A stretch of 64,000 nucleotides of DNA from Pristiophorus japonicus (taxonomy: Eukaryota). The DNA lies in the NCBI RefSeq assembly GCF_044704955.1, contig NC_091995.1, forward strand, positions 4,650,001 through 4,714,000, given 5' to 3'. The notes under the pieces are model-generated. The model saw nothing but the letters and a program-made list of their open reading frames with translations. It was not told where the DNA came from and made no database searches. The position numbers were made by a program, and so were the translations under genes. Positions within the stretch are counted from its first letter, which is position 1; each line of letters opens with the position of its first letter. Shown in pieces: positions 1 through 11,210 of the stretch.

Positions 1-103
1 CAGCTTCCAAATGTTCAGCAAATGCTGCATTTATTTCAGTTCTCATCGGTTATTTTGTGACTGTGTGAAGTTTCACTGAACTGACCCACAATATAATCCT
101 CAC

Positions 104-526
104 CTTCAGAAATATCAGTCCGTCTCTTTGCTCCATCTGTTTCTGTAACTTTGAGAGCTCCTCCTGAATAGACTTTAAATTCTCTTGAATTTCTCGAAGG
201 TTTTTCTCCATTGTTTCTACAATCTTCCCCTCTTGTTCCCTGAGATCTCGGATTAAACGCTGCTCTTTCTCAGTGAGAATCTGGTGCATTTTAGTGAACT
301 GGGATGTGATGCGGGTCTGCAGACTGCTCGACTGTTCCGACCAAATGAAATGTGAAACATAATTAATGTACCGCGATAGAGGGAACAAAACTAACCGAGA
401 TCCCAGAAAATCAGCTCAGGGAGACCTTCCCCGAACTCCGGAAATCTGCTGTTTCTGTTTTAATTCCGTCTCTAGAGCCGCCGATTCCTTCTCTGTGAGA
501 GAATCTAAGGAAGATTTCAGCCGGTC
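104..526 (-). pseudogene. TRIM copy A, 5'-truncated: 96-bp exon (431-526) and 234-bp coiled-coil exon (104-337); continues off the left edge
   Basis: Near-identical to exons 2-3 of the copies at 11492-11914 and 55324-55746. The donor is mutated GT->GG (429-430) and the acceptor AG->CG (338-339). Homology stops at ~559 in intron 1, so the RING/B-box exon is missing. Confidence 0.9.
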
Positions 527-706
527 CTGGGATTGGGAGAAAATCACAGAATTAAAGTGTTCGATTGTCGGCCGTTAAACATTAAATATTTAAACCCAAC
601 CGGCAAGTTCCGAGCGCGAGCCTCTTTCAACCGGAATCATGGCCGCTAACCCCGCCTCCCGGCGGTGCTGATTGGCCAGTGGCGGCCTGTTAGGAGCTCT
701 CGCGGA

Positions 707-1052
707 AGCGGATTGGCCGGAGCGCCTGTCACTCAGTGTGAGGGAGGCGGTTTTCCGGGTCGCGGCACTGGTGGGGTAAGCGGATCAGTCAGAGTGCCTG
801 TCACGCAGAGTGAGGGAGGCGGGTTTCTGGGGCGGGGCACTGCCGGGGTAAGCGGATTGGTCGGAGCGCCTGTCACTCAGAGTGAGGGAGGCGGGTTTCC
901 GGGACGCGGCACTGCTGGGGTAAGCGGATTGGTCGGAGCGCCTGTCACTCAGAGTGAGGGAGGCGGGTTTCCGGGACGCGGCACTGCTGGGGTAAGCGGA
1001 TTGGTCGGAGCGCCTGTCACTCAGAGTGAGGGAGGCGGGTTTCCGGGGCGGG
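707..1052 (+). repeat. 72-bp tandem repeat, ~5 copies, inside the promoter cassette
   Basis: Unit starts at AGCGGAT at 707, 779, 851, 923 and 995; visible as a 24-aa repeat in ORF 665-1279. Confidence 0.95.
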
Positions 1053-1260
1053 CCTGGGCCTCAGTGGGAGTCGGACTCGGAGCTCGGGCAGTGTGTTTGG
1101 GCCGAGCGTCAGTCACGCCGCGCTGGGCCCTTATCTCGGCGAGTTGGAGCCGGTGGGAGCGGCTCACGGCGGCCGCCGCCTGCTTTTATACTCGGGGCGG
1201 GGTTTATTTCACACTTTGGATTCTTCTTGTTATTATTCACTCGGGGGGAGCCAGGGCGTC

Positions 1261-1330
1261 ATGGCAACGGGTTTGGTGAGCGAGCTGGACATTCGCCTCT
1301 TCCCCGGGAACCTGCTGAGCGGTGGCTGGG
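1261..1330 (+). pseudogene. ATF6B-like first coding exon (MATGLVSELDIRLFPGNLLSGGW, phase-1 donor); no downstream exons seen
   Basis: gtcATGG start and G|GTAAG donor. The peptide resembles the recalled ATF6B N-terminus (LLSEIADPTRFFTDNLLSPEDW) with an intron after W+1. The identification is from memory, not a search. Confidence 0.5.
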
Positions 1331-2059
1331 GTAAGGGGGTTGCGGAAGAGGGTGACTGGGGGGTGGGAGGGTAAGGAGGATGAGGGGGGGTCACCATGTC
1401 TCTATTGTCAGCACCTAGAATCATAGACACACAGCACAGGAGGGGGCCATTCGGCCCATTGTGCCTGTGCTGGTTCTTGGAAAGAGCTGTCCCATTAGTC
1501 TCACTCCCTGCTCTTTCCCCAGGGCCCTGTGAATGTCTCCTACTCAACTATTTATCCAAATCCCTTTTGCAAGTTACTATATTGAATCTGCTTCCACCGC
1601 CCTTTCAGGCAGGGCAGTCCCCTCATTTCCCCCGTTTTTTCTAAGGGAGAAGAAAACCTCTCCAATATTTTGATTTTAAGCAGTAAGAGAGCATCTCTGA
1701 AATGAATGTGAATTCTCAGCGGGCCGATGTGTTATACACCCCATGTCTGGCGAACAGAACTCTATCCCTGTGCATTTTCAGCAGCGTGGCTTGGTGTTTA
1801 TTCAGCATTGTGATCGATGTGCTTGTGACCTGCGATAGTTTTGTTTCCTTATTTAACAAACTTTTTGTCTTCTGAGGAACAGTCGAATCAATCGCAGAAC
1901 CTCATCGACTCTCAATTTTCTAAATTGTGCAATATTTTGGATGGAAAGGAACGGAACTTGGTCAAAGAACTGAATGAGGAAAAGGATGATATTTTATTCA
2001 GAAAGGAGACACATCTGTGAGAAATCCAAGAGAATTCACGATAAGCTTTTCTTGTAGAT

Positions 2060-2960
2060 AAATGTCCTGAACTTGGGGATAGAAAGTACAATTTTGAAGT
2101 TTGTAGGTGATACAAAACTTGGCAACCTCGTGAATAGTGAGCAGGATAGTAGCAGACTTCAGGATGACATAGACAGGTGAAATGGGCAGACACATGGCAG
2201 ATGCAATTTAATGCGGATGAGTGTGAAGTGATGCACTTTGCGGGGGAACAACATGGAGAGGCAGTATAATCTAAATGGTTCTATTTTGAGGGTTGTGCAA
2301 AAACCGAAGGAGCTGGGGTGCAGGTTCACAAATCTTTGAAAGTGGCAGGGCAAGTTGATAAGACGATTAAGAAAGCTTGTAGGATACTTGGCTTTGCAAA
2401 TGGGGGCATTGAATTCAAAAACAAGGAAGTCATGCTGAACCTTTACAAATCACTGGTTAGGCCTAAGTATTGTGTAGAATTCTGGAAACCACACTTACGG
2501 AAGGATGTTGTCTTGGAGAGGGTAAGAAAGGGGTTTACTAGGATCATAGAAAGTAGTAGGAATGAGGAACTTCAGATATGTGGAGAGATTGGAGAAGCTG
2601 GGATTGTTCTCCTTGGAGCAGACAAGGTCAAGGGGGACACCTAATAGAGGTATTGACCATTCTAAGGGGGTTTGATTAAGCAAATGGGGAGAAACTGTTT
2701 CTTCTGGCAAGAGAATCGGTAGCCAGCGGTCATAGATTTAAAATAATTGGCAAGAGAACTAGAGGGGAAATGTGGAGATATTTTTTTCACAAAGGGCTGT
2801 TAATATTTGGAACCGGAAAGGGTGGTGGAAGAAGATTCGATGGGGACTTTCAAAAGGCAATTGGACATTTACTTGAAGAGGATTAATTTGCAGGGTTATT
2901 GGGAAAAGGCTTGTGTGTGGCAATACATTGGACAGCTCTTTCATGAGATGAACAGCTTTA
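2060..2960 (+). mobile_element. CR1 LINE, RT C-terminus to 3' end, truncating the relic coiled-coil exon
   Basis: Degenerate FADDTKL motif and LYKSLVRP..YCVEFW motif; ends approximate. Confidence 0.85.
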
Positions 2961-3439
2961 ATCTCCTCTGTCTTTACATTCAGGCCCACATCACATCCTT
3001 TCTGTCTACTAAATACTACTTTTTGTTTATTAATTCATAGGGTTGTGGAAATCTGGAACACTCCCTCAAAAGACTGAATGTGAGGATCAAACAATTCAAC
3101 ATTTTCCAGACTGAGATGGATGGGTAGATTGTTGTTAGTTAAGGGCATCAAGGGATATGGAGCAAAAGTGGGTAAATGCAGTTGAGGTACAAATCAGCCA
3201 TGATCTAACTGAAACGTGGAACAGGCTCCTCCTGTCCCTGTGCACCATCCTCTGCAGTCAGCCATGTTTATAATATTCCCACAACACTGTAGTTCCCGAG
3301 TGCTACAGTAGCCTCGTGTTTTGGAATTGCTGATTTTCAAATTTTATCTTAGATTAATTTCTAAGCAGTGTCGAACACACATTGTGTATGTAAGATAGCA
3401 TGTCACTACTCTCTGAATGTCTGTTTATGCAATGGTTAT

Positions 3440-3858
3440 GTATTCACTGGAGTTCAGAAGAATGAGAGGGGACCTCAAACGTTTAAAATTCTGACGGGTT
3501 TAGACAGGTTAGATGCAGGAAGAATGTTCCCAATGTTGGGGAAGTCCAGAACCAGGGGTCACAGTCTGAGGATAAGGGGTAAGCCATTTAGGACCGAGAT
3601 GAGGAGAAACTTCTTCACCCAGAGAGTGGTGAACCTGTGCAATTCTCTACCACAGAAAGTAGTTGAGGCCAATTCACTAAATATATTCAAAAGGGAGTTA
3701 GATGAAGTCCTTGCTACTCGGGGGATCAAGGGGTATGGCGAGAAAGCAGGAAGGGGGTACTGAAGTTTCATGTTCAGCCATGAACTCATTGAATGGCGGT
3801 GCAGGCTCGAAGGGCTGAATGGCCTGCTCCTGCACCTATTTTCTATGTTTCTATGTTC
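3440..3858 (+). mobile_element. CR1 LINE 3' fragment nested in a truncated hAT-type element
   Basis: SRTRGHSLRI...FFTQRVVNL..SLP motifs and a (TTCTATGT)n tail. Confidence 0.85.
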
Positions 3859-5416
3859 AAGCAATCTTACCCAAAATTATTTTTTGCGCGCGGTTCTTTT
3901 AAATTTGCAGCCACACATGCGCAATATCTCTTCCAGCAGCAGGAGCAGCCTGCACAGGTCCGTGCGATTGGTGTAACATTGGTGGGCGGCCCTCACTAGC
4001 TCACCAAAACTTGCTAAATGGCCCTCCAGCTAAAATAATTGCCCACCCTGCCTTACAGGATTTCTTACATTGTCATTTAGCCCTTCCTGCTCCTCCAGTA
4101 CTTTTTGTCGTTTATCTTCAATGTGCACAGACCTATCTCATCATCATTACCACACTCATCACCAACCACCTCCCTACAGCCAGAATCTCCCTGCATCCCA
4201 CCAACTGCATCTTTGTCCTAACAATGTTCTCTGGCTTCTGAACTGCTTCTTCCTCCATGACTTGTTCTTCTGCATTACGAGTTAGTGCTTGATCTAATTG
4301 AATGCTGGAACAGGCTAGAGGGGCTGAATGGCCTACTCCTGTTCCTATGTTCCTATATCTCTACATTGTGTCTTTACAAGCATTCTTCCTGCCGTTGGTG
4401 TATTATCTATTATCTTATGTCCTCGGTTTCCTCCAGCACTTATTTCTGTTTCTTGCTACCCTTGTACCTGTTGCAAAAATTCCTGTCACAGGTTCCCAGT
4501 GACTCGCCCTCAATATTGAGTACGAGCCCATCCACTTCACTAAACTCTGACTCAATTAGTCCAATACTATCCCCTGGTCTTTACTAATTAGCTTTCCAAT
4601 CGTTTCCTTTGATTAGTTCCCTTCCGCTCCTCTGAAAGACCCAGACATTTTCATTCAGGTTTTGGGCAGCTGAGATCAGCGAGTTGCTACACACTGTACT
4701 ATTGACTCTCGAGCTCTTTCATGCTGCAAAGTCGAGCCTTGTTTTGTCTGTTTGAGCACTGCCAGCGGTCTGCTGTGCGTTAACATTTGTGTTTCTGTCT
4801 ATTTCAGGAGAGTCCACCCGAGGAGCAGAGGTGCGACACGCTCTCCAAAAGTAACTGAACAACATTATACAGTAGCATATTGAAGAGCTGGTTTTATTTT
4901 CTGTTTAATATTTCATATTTACATTATTAGTGAAGACAACCATCAGCCAAACATAGCGGAAGGCAGCCTGTCTCAACACTAAGGGCCCACTCAGTATAGT
5001 GTGGAGACATGTAATGGACAGTGTCAACCCTGGTACTGAGGGCCTTTCCTGTTTTCTTAATTAACCAGTAAAACCCTCAATAAGGGGCACATCTTAAGAA
5101 TACCAGACACGAGTACAAGAATGGAAATATTATCCATACCCACTTCAAATACGAAAATAAATGAAATGGCAGCACGTAATGTGTGATTCATGATTTATAA
5201 TGCAACAATCAAATAATAACAGACTATTTTTGAAGCAATCAGCCATTATAATTCATTCATTATCAAACCAAAACAGTGATTTAAATCATTAACCTGTTAC
5301 AGTAGGTTCTTTCAATGTTTAAAAGTGAAGAATTAATGCACGAGAATATTCACAACTGATTTGGTCAAATTACTTTCAATCACCTCCTGACTCCCCAAAA
5401 CCCGTTCTGCATATAA

Positions 5417-5910
5417 AAAGCACAAGTCAGGAGTGTGATGGAATACTCTCCACTTTCCTGGGTGAGTGCAGTTCCAACAAAATTCAAGAAGATTGACACC
5501 ATCCAGGACAAAGCAGCCTGCTTGATTATCACCCACCCACCACCTTAAACATTCACTCCCTCCACCACCGTCGCACTGTGTACCATCTACACGTTGCACT
5601 GCAGCAACTCCCAAACCCATGAACTCTACCACCTGGAGGGACAAGGGCAGCAGGTGCACGGGAACACCCTCAACTACAAGTTCCCCTCCAAGTTACACAC
5701 CATCCTCACTTGGAAATATATCAGCCATTCCTTCATTGTCGCTGGGTGAAAATCCTGGAACTCCCTCCCTAACAGCACTGTGAGAGCACCTTCACCTCAC
5801 AGACCGCAGCAGTTCAAAAAGGCAGCTCACCACCCCCTTCTCAAGGGCAATGAGGGATGGGCAATAAATGCTGGCCTTGCACCACCACATCCCAGGAATG
5901 AATGAACAAA
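5417..5910 (+). mobile_element. Non-LTR retrotransposon 3' end (CR1/L2 group); paralog at ~45717-46215
   Basis: KAQVRSVMEYSP...KKIDTIQDKAA-type RT C-terminal sequence and an (ATGA)n tail. Confidence 0.65.
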
Positions 5911-7201
5911 ATACAGAAGTGACTTTCAACATGGAATTTTTGCACTTCTCTGAAAAAAGATTAAGAAACGACCTTGAAGGGAGTGGAACACGGGGAAGGT
6001 TGAAAATATTTGAGAATGAAATTAAGTAAATCTGAAATATAATGGTTAAGTGATGTCAGGAATGTTTTTTTAAATCTGTAGATTTTAGAAAGAAGAGACA
6101 GAAAAAAATAAAAGAAACTTTGCCGGATTTCTGAGCGGCCTCCAGCGGGTGTTTGAAGAGCAGCTGGTTCGGCCGCTCAACGCGCCCTCACTCCGCCCAT
6201 TTGTACCTCAGGATTGCAATCAGGGTCCTCTGTATGTCACGGGACCCTGGTTTGACGAGGTTTCCCCCCTGAAACAGGCGGGCGTTCCCGCTGCCCATCT
6301 CAGGACCCCACCCAAGGTGATGATGGCTGAAGTGCCAGCGTAAACTTTAGTGCCATTTCCAGGTGACTATCACTCCAGTTACACCAGGCGGGGGCTCTTA
6401 AAATCAGCCCCGTTAGTTCAGGATAGGAGCAGGAGGAGGCCATTCAGCCCCTGGAGCCTGTCCCGCCATTCAGTGAGATCATGGCTGAGCTGTGTCCTAA
6501 CTCCATATACCCGCTTTTGGCCCATATCCCTTAATATCTTTGGTTAACGAAAATCTATCAATCTCAGGTTTAAAATTAACAATTGATCCAGCGTCAATTG
6601 CGGTTTGAAGAAGAAAATTCCAAACTTCTCCCACCCTTTGTGTGTAGAAGTATTTTCTAACTTCACTCCTGAAAGGCCTGGCTATAATTTTTAGACCATG
6701 TCCCGAGTCCTCGACTCCCCAAGCAGTGGAAATACGCTCTCAGTTCCCCTTAATCTCTTGAAAACTTCGATCAAATCACGTCTGAAACTTCTAAATTCCA
6801 GGGATGGGTCAAATAAGGATCCAGAGCAAGGTGCAAATTAAACAAAAAACATTTAGTCGTAATTATTCCCCAAACCGCCTAGAAAAATAAATGCAGCTTC
6901 TACTGCACAGTTTAATAACAGGCTTGGCAGCAGAGGTGTTGCTGATTGATCTCAAACACCGCCATGTAGCGCCACCTTCTGCCTGTGGAGCAACATTACA
7001 GGCAGGAAGGTCACCGGGTTCCTGCAGTTCACAGCTCATTCCACCCAGTGAGTTCCCCTCCACAATTCACCATCCATTTGTTTCTTCTCCCCACCCCACC
7101 CCTCGCTCTCTCTCCCCCCCCCCCCCCCCCCCCCCCCCGCTGTGACTGAGACCGACGCCCATCAGTTTGCAGGAGGCAGGGTGAAATTATGGGATGGGCC
7201 T

Positions 7202-7502
7202 TCCACCGGTCCGCGAGAGGTGGGCGCCGGAGGGACTGGAGAGCATCATCACCCCCGGCAACCACATTTTAATTTGATTTTATATGTTTTAAAGTTTAAT
7301 TTGTTTTTATTGCCGGGTTTTAGTGTCCCCCTCCCCTTTTATAGGGGGCACTTGTAAATTATATGGTTTTAATGCCTCCCCCCAAAAAATCAGAAAAAAA
7401 CAAAAATTAAAAAAAAGGCCAGTTAAAAGTGTCTGAAGTGTCCCCCAGATCGGGGGGCACTCGATCTAATGTTTATTTCCCCCCCCCCCCCTCCGAAAAG
7501 AG
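7202..7502 (+). mobile_element. 5'-truncated Tx1-like LINE 3' end with 15-bp TSD, in the 3' UTR of TRIM copy B
   Basis: TTATGGGATGGGCCT at 7187-7201 and 7503-7517. The site is empty in the paralogs (~51414 and ~15560). Encodes ERWAPEGLESIITPGNHILI*. Confidence 0.85.
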
Positions 7503-8924
7503 TTATGGGATGGGCCTGTTAGTGACATTTAACCCCACAGATTGTCAGCGGGGCGGAGTTTTTCCTGTAGATGATCCATCGCGGACAGAAGAAGGGAAAG
7601 ATTCTCCCAGTGAAAGTGTGGGTGAAAGTGTGGAGATGGGACATGTTGTCCGCATTGTAAAATGACACCTGTCCGCCCTCATAGTCCAGGTACACCCCGA
7701 TCTTCCGGGGCTTCACACTCGGGGTGAGGCGGGTCAGTGAGGGGGAGGTGCGGGCAAAATAGACACTTCCGCGATACAGCCACACAATCCAGTATCCGGT
7801 CTCTGGGCTCGGGGTGATTGGCCCTTTCCTCCCGGCAGACTCTCGGGTCACTCCGATCTCCCACCGAGTCCTGTCCCCCACCTCCACCTCCCAGTAGTGT
7901 CTCCCTGATGTGAATCCCTCCGATCCCAGGACACAGGACCAGACATCAAACCTCTTCGGGGTGTCAGGGAGCGGCTGCTGTTTGTCCCCGAGTCTCACAC
8001 GGGTCCGGTCCTCAGACAGGATGAGCCGGGGATGGGCTGTGTTCGGATCCAGAGTCAGAGAGGCTGGAGCTGGGGGAAAGTTAAAGTAACACAGTCAGTG
8101 ATTTAGTTTCTTGCTGTGATTTATTCAAACACTTTCCTGTTTAAAGAGCCCACTCGGGCTCTGGGTTGTGATCCTGGAATCTGCTGCCGCTCCAGGGTTT
8201 ACGTCCCGGGGGCGATTTCCGTCGATTTCGGGCCAGAGTCAGCGCCCAGAGATAAAGACCCGAAAACCACTGGAGACAGCGGGGGGAGGGGAGAGAGAGA
8301 GCGGGGAGGGGAGAGAGAGAGAGGTGGTGGAGGGCGCGGAAGAGAGCGGGGAGGCGGGTGACTGGGGTTAAAGCAGCTGTTTCCAAAGACCACAAGGAAA
8401 GTAGTGTTGTGAATAAAATATTTCACAGGTAAGACAGAGTCCAGTATAAGGAATGCGATGGAAATAAACACACTGCAATTACATCTGAAGGAGAAACTTA
8501 CATTTCTAATGTTCCTGACAAATGCCTCAAAGCACTTCCCACAATGTATTACTTCCCATACCCTCCGCATAAAGTATTTGGGAGTGATTTACGTCTCACA
8601 ATCGCCCGGATTTACACCGTAAACGGAGCAGTAACGAGACAAAAACCACCCGCAGTGCTTCCCACCTGGTTCCCACCAAGGCCCGCCGGGAAATTATGCC
8701 GCAGCCGCGAAATAGGAATCCAGCGCTCCCGCACTAAACATGGGGGAAGCCTCATTAGTTTATGCAAACCGGATCCCATAATGTACATGTGACCCCAATT
8801 CAATCTTGGTCTTCCATTGGACAGTGCGTGAGCTGTGCAAGTCCCACCCAGTGCAACAGTCTGTAGAATGGCCCAACCTGTGGTCCTTAAAGGGACCACT
8901 GGAACCCCCACAGGGATTGATGCA

Positions 8925-9150
8925 AGGAGTTAGCTCCGTCAGGTGTCCTGGGCAATATTTATTCATCAACCAACATCATGAAAACAGGTTATGTCATTAT
9001 CACGTTGCTGCTTGTGGGAGCTTGCTGTGCATAAACTGGTTGTGGCGTTTCCTACATTACAACAGTGACTACACATTAAAAACTCTTCATTGTCTGTAAA
9101 GAGCTTTGGGACGTCCTGAGGTCGTGAAAGGTCGGATATAAAAACACTTC
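8925..9150 (+). mobile_element. DeuSINE (SacSINE1/AmnSINE1-like) 3' part; related copies at ~14000-14220(-), 19505-19745(+), 20780-21110(+), 37890-38220(-), 39245-39480(-), 52880-53115(+)
   Basis: TGTGGGAGCTTGCTGTGC...CCTACATTACAACAGTGACTACAC...GCTTTGGGACGTCC motif. Confidence 0.7.
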
Positions 9151-10319
9151 TTTCTATTTATTCTCTGTGTAACAGTTTCTCTGTGGCCGGGAGGTGCATG
9201 AATTGTCCTGCCCGCTGCTGGCTGCTCCTCGGCTTTGCCCCTCCGCCCCACAACCCCCACCATCCTACCTCCTCCCCCCCTTCCCCCCGGATATATTTTC
9301 CTGTCATTCTCTGAGTTTGAGACTATCACTACTTTGTTGCCGACTCTGTGACTGTGTTAAACCTCTGGATGTTTATCTTCTCTCTGCGGTTTAGGATCTT
9401 GAATACTTCAGTAAGATCACCCCAAGCCCTCCCTTATCCAGTGCAAAGACTCCTGACTTCCAGACTAGACACTGACATCGGTGATCATTTAATCCAGGGT
9501 CTGGGAGCCGGTTTAGGCCCTTCTCATCTGAAGTTATAAATCATGAAAAGGAATATAGGTGATTTACCGGGGTTAATGGCGCCTAACATTTCTCTCCACG
9601 CTGTGTACTGTAAAGGGCCGTTGAACGTTCCGACAGACAGGGCGCCATCTGCTACTGACAGCACGGGATAGTCCTCACTAAGCCTGTAAATATTACACAG
9701 TTGATGTTATAAATTGACCATAAACAATTTTCTGAGTTATTTTAACAAACTGTGCAGAGTTTCAGTAAAGAGCATGTCCTACCACCTCTTCCGACAAGCT
9801 TCCTCCTGAAATAAATAAAACACAAACAGTGAGGACAGTCGAAGACTTCAGCAGGACACAGACAGGCTGGTGAAATGAGCAGACACAGGGCGGATACAAT
9901 TTAACACAGAGAAGTGTGAAGTGAGGCATTTTGGAAGGAAGAATGAGGAAAGGCATTGTAAACTAAATGGTACAATTTTAAATGGGGTGCAGGAACAGAG
10001 AGACCTGGGGATCACATTCACAAATCTTGGAGAAGTGAGTCGGGATTTTTTGACCAATGACTTGTGATGATCTGGAATGCACTGACTGACAGGGTGCAGG
10101 AAGCAGATTTAACAGTAATTGTCAAAAGTGAATTGGAAATACACTTGAAAGGGAAAAAAATTGCAGGGCTATGGGGAAAGAGCAGGGAGAGTGGGACTAT
10201 TGGGATATCTCTTTCAAAGAGACAGCACAGGCACAATGGGCCTTTTGTGGTGTAGGATTCTATGGTTGTAAGTAGTTGAACATTCTGATTTGTGTGTCAG
10301 ATACTGGAACTCAATATTC

Positions 10320-11210
10320 ATACATCCTCCAGGAGCAGCATTAAAGATGGTGGAGATAGAAACAGATTTGGGCATTCTAGTGCATACATCCTTAAAGGTA
10401 CACGAACAATGCCATGCAGGAATAGTTAGAGAAAATGGGGTGTTGGGGTGTATCCATAGGACAATTGAGTATAAGACGAGGCATACTGTTTTGTCCTTGT
10501 ATAAGACCTTAGTCAGGCCGTACTTGTAATACTATGTCCAGTTTTGGTCTCCTTATATGGTGGGTGATATTGAGGCTCTGGACTGGGTGCAGAAGAGGGC
10601 TACTGGACTAATTCCAATCTACATCATCTTATTTATCAAGATAGGTTAAAAGAGTTAGGACTCTTTACCTTAGAGCAGCGTAGACTTAAGGGGGATATGA
10701 TTGAGGTTTATGATAATGAATGGAATCGACAGTGTTCCAGCTGACCGTTTATTTCAATGGGTTAGGCAGGACCAGGGGGACAAAGTTAAGTTGTATAAGG
10801 CTAGATCGAGGTTAGATGTCAGGAGGTGGTTCTTTACACAGAGAATAGTAGACCTCTGGAACAAGCTGCCCTCTCATGTGGTGGATGCAGATTCACTGAA
10901 TTCCTTCAAGCAAAAGCTGGATTTGTTTCTGGCTGTGGCGGAGATTAACTCTAACAGAAGGTAGGTACTGCAGGGAGTTTAATGGCCAGAGTGATGATCT
11001 GGACTCGTTTCGATTGACTAGATGGGTCAGAGAGGAATTTCCCAGATTTTTCCCCTGAATTGGCCTGGGTTTTTTATCTGTTTTTTTGCCTCTCCCAGGA
11101 GATCACAAGATGGACTTGTATATGTTGTGATACACAAGGTATCGCAACCTGGGACAGGCTCGATGGCCCAGATGGTCTTTACCTGTCCGTCATTGTTTGT
11201 ATGTTCGTAT
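10320..11210 (+). mobile_element. CR1 LINE 3' fragment in intron 3 of TRIM copy B (absent from copy D)
   Basis: LYKTLVRPYL and FFTQRIVDLWNKLP motifs. Confidence 0.8.

Larger units (their letters stand above)
563..1335 (+). promoter_or_regulatory. CpG-rich promoter/5' exon cassette, copy 1 (CCAAT boxes, GC boxes, TGAGTGACAG motifs)
   Basis: CpG-dense, with repeated GATTGG, GGGAGGCGGG and CTGTCACTCA motifs. It ends in an ATG exon with a G|GTAAG donor. Paralogous to 32065-32667 and 60513-61128. Confidence 0.75.
1642..5032 (+). pseudogene. Second-lineage TRIM relic 1: partial 96-bp exon, coiled-coil exon (1877-~2050), 23-bp exon (4808-4830), linker exon (~4926-5032)
   Basis: EQSNQSQNLIDSQFSKLCNILDGKERNLVKELNEEK parallels the TRIM coiled-coil exon. 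The 23-bp exon has AG/GT boundaries and the linker ends NP|GT. In-frame stops are present; no RING or B30.2 exon was found. Confidence 0.75.

Noticed and set aside
338-430. In-frame retention of the 93-nt intron in copy A after loss of both splice sites
   Set aside because: The intron has an in-frame TGA at its fifth codon.
665-1279. 204-aa Gly-rich repeat protein
   Set aside because: By-product of a GC-rich 72-bp repeat; it has a non-ATG start and the frame is not preserved across the cassette copies.
8544-8969. ORFs conserved in three places (also ~14167-14575 and 52502-52945)
   Set aside because: These lie in duplicated TRIM intron 5; the conservation reflects recent duplication, and the ORF ends differ between copies.
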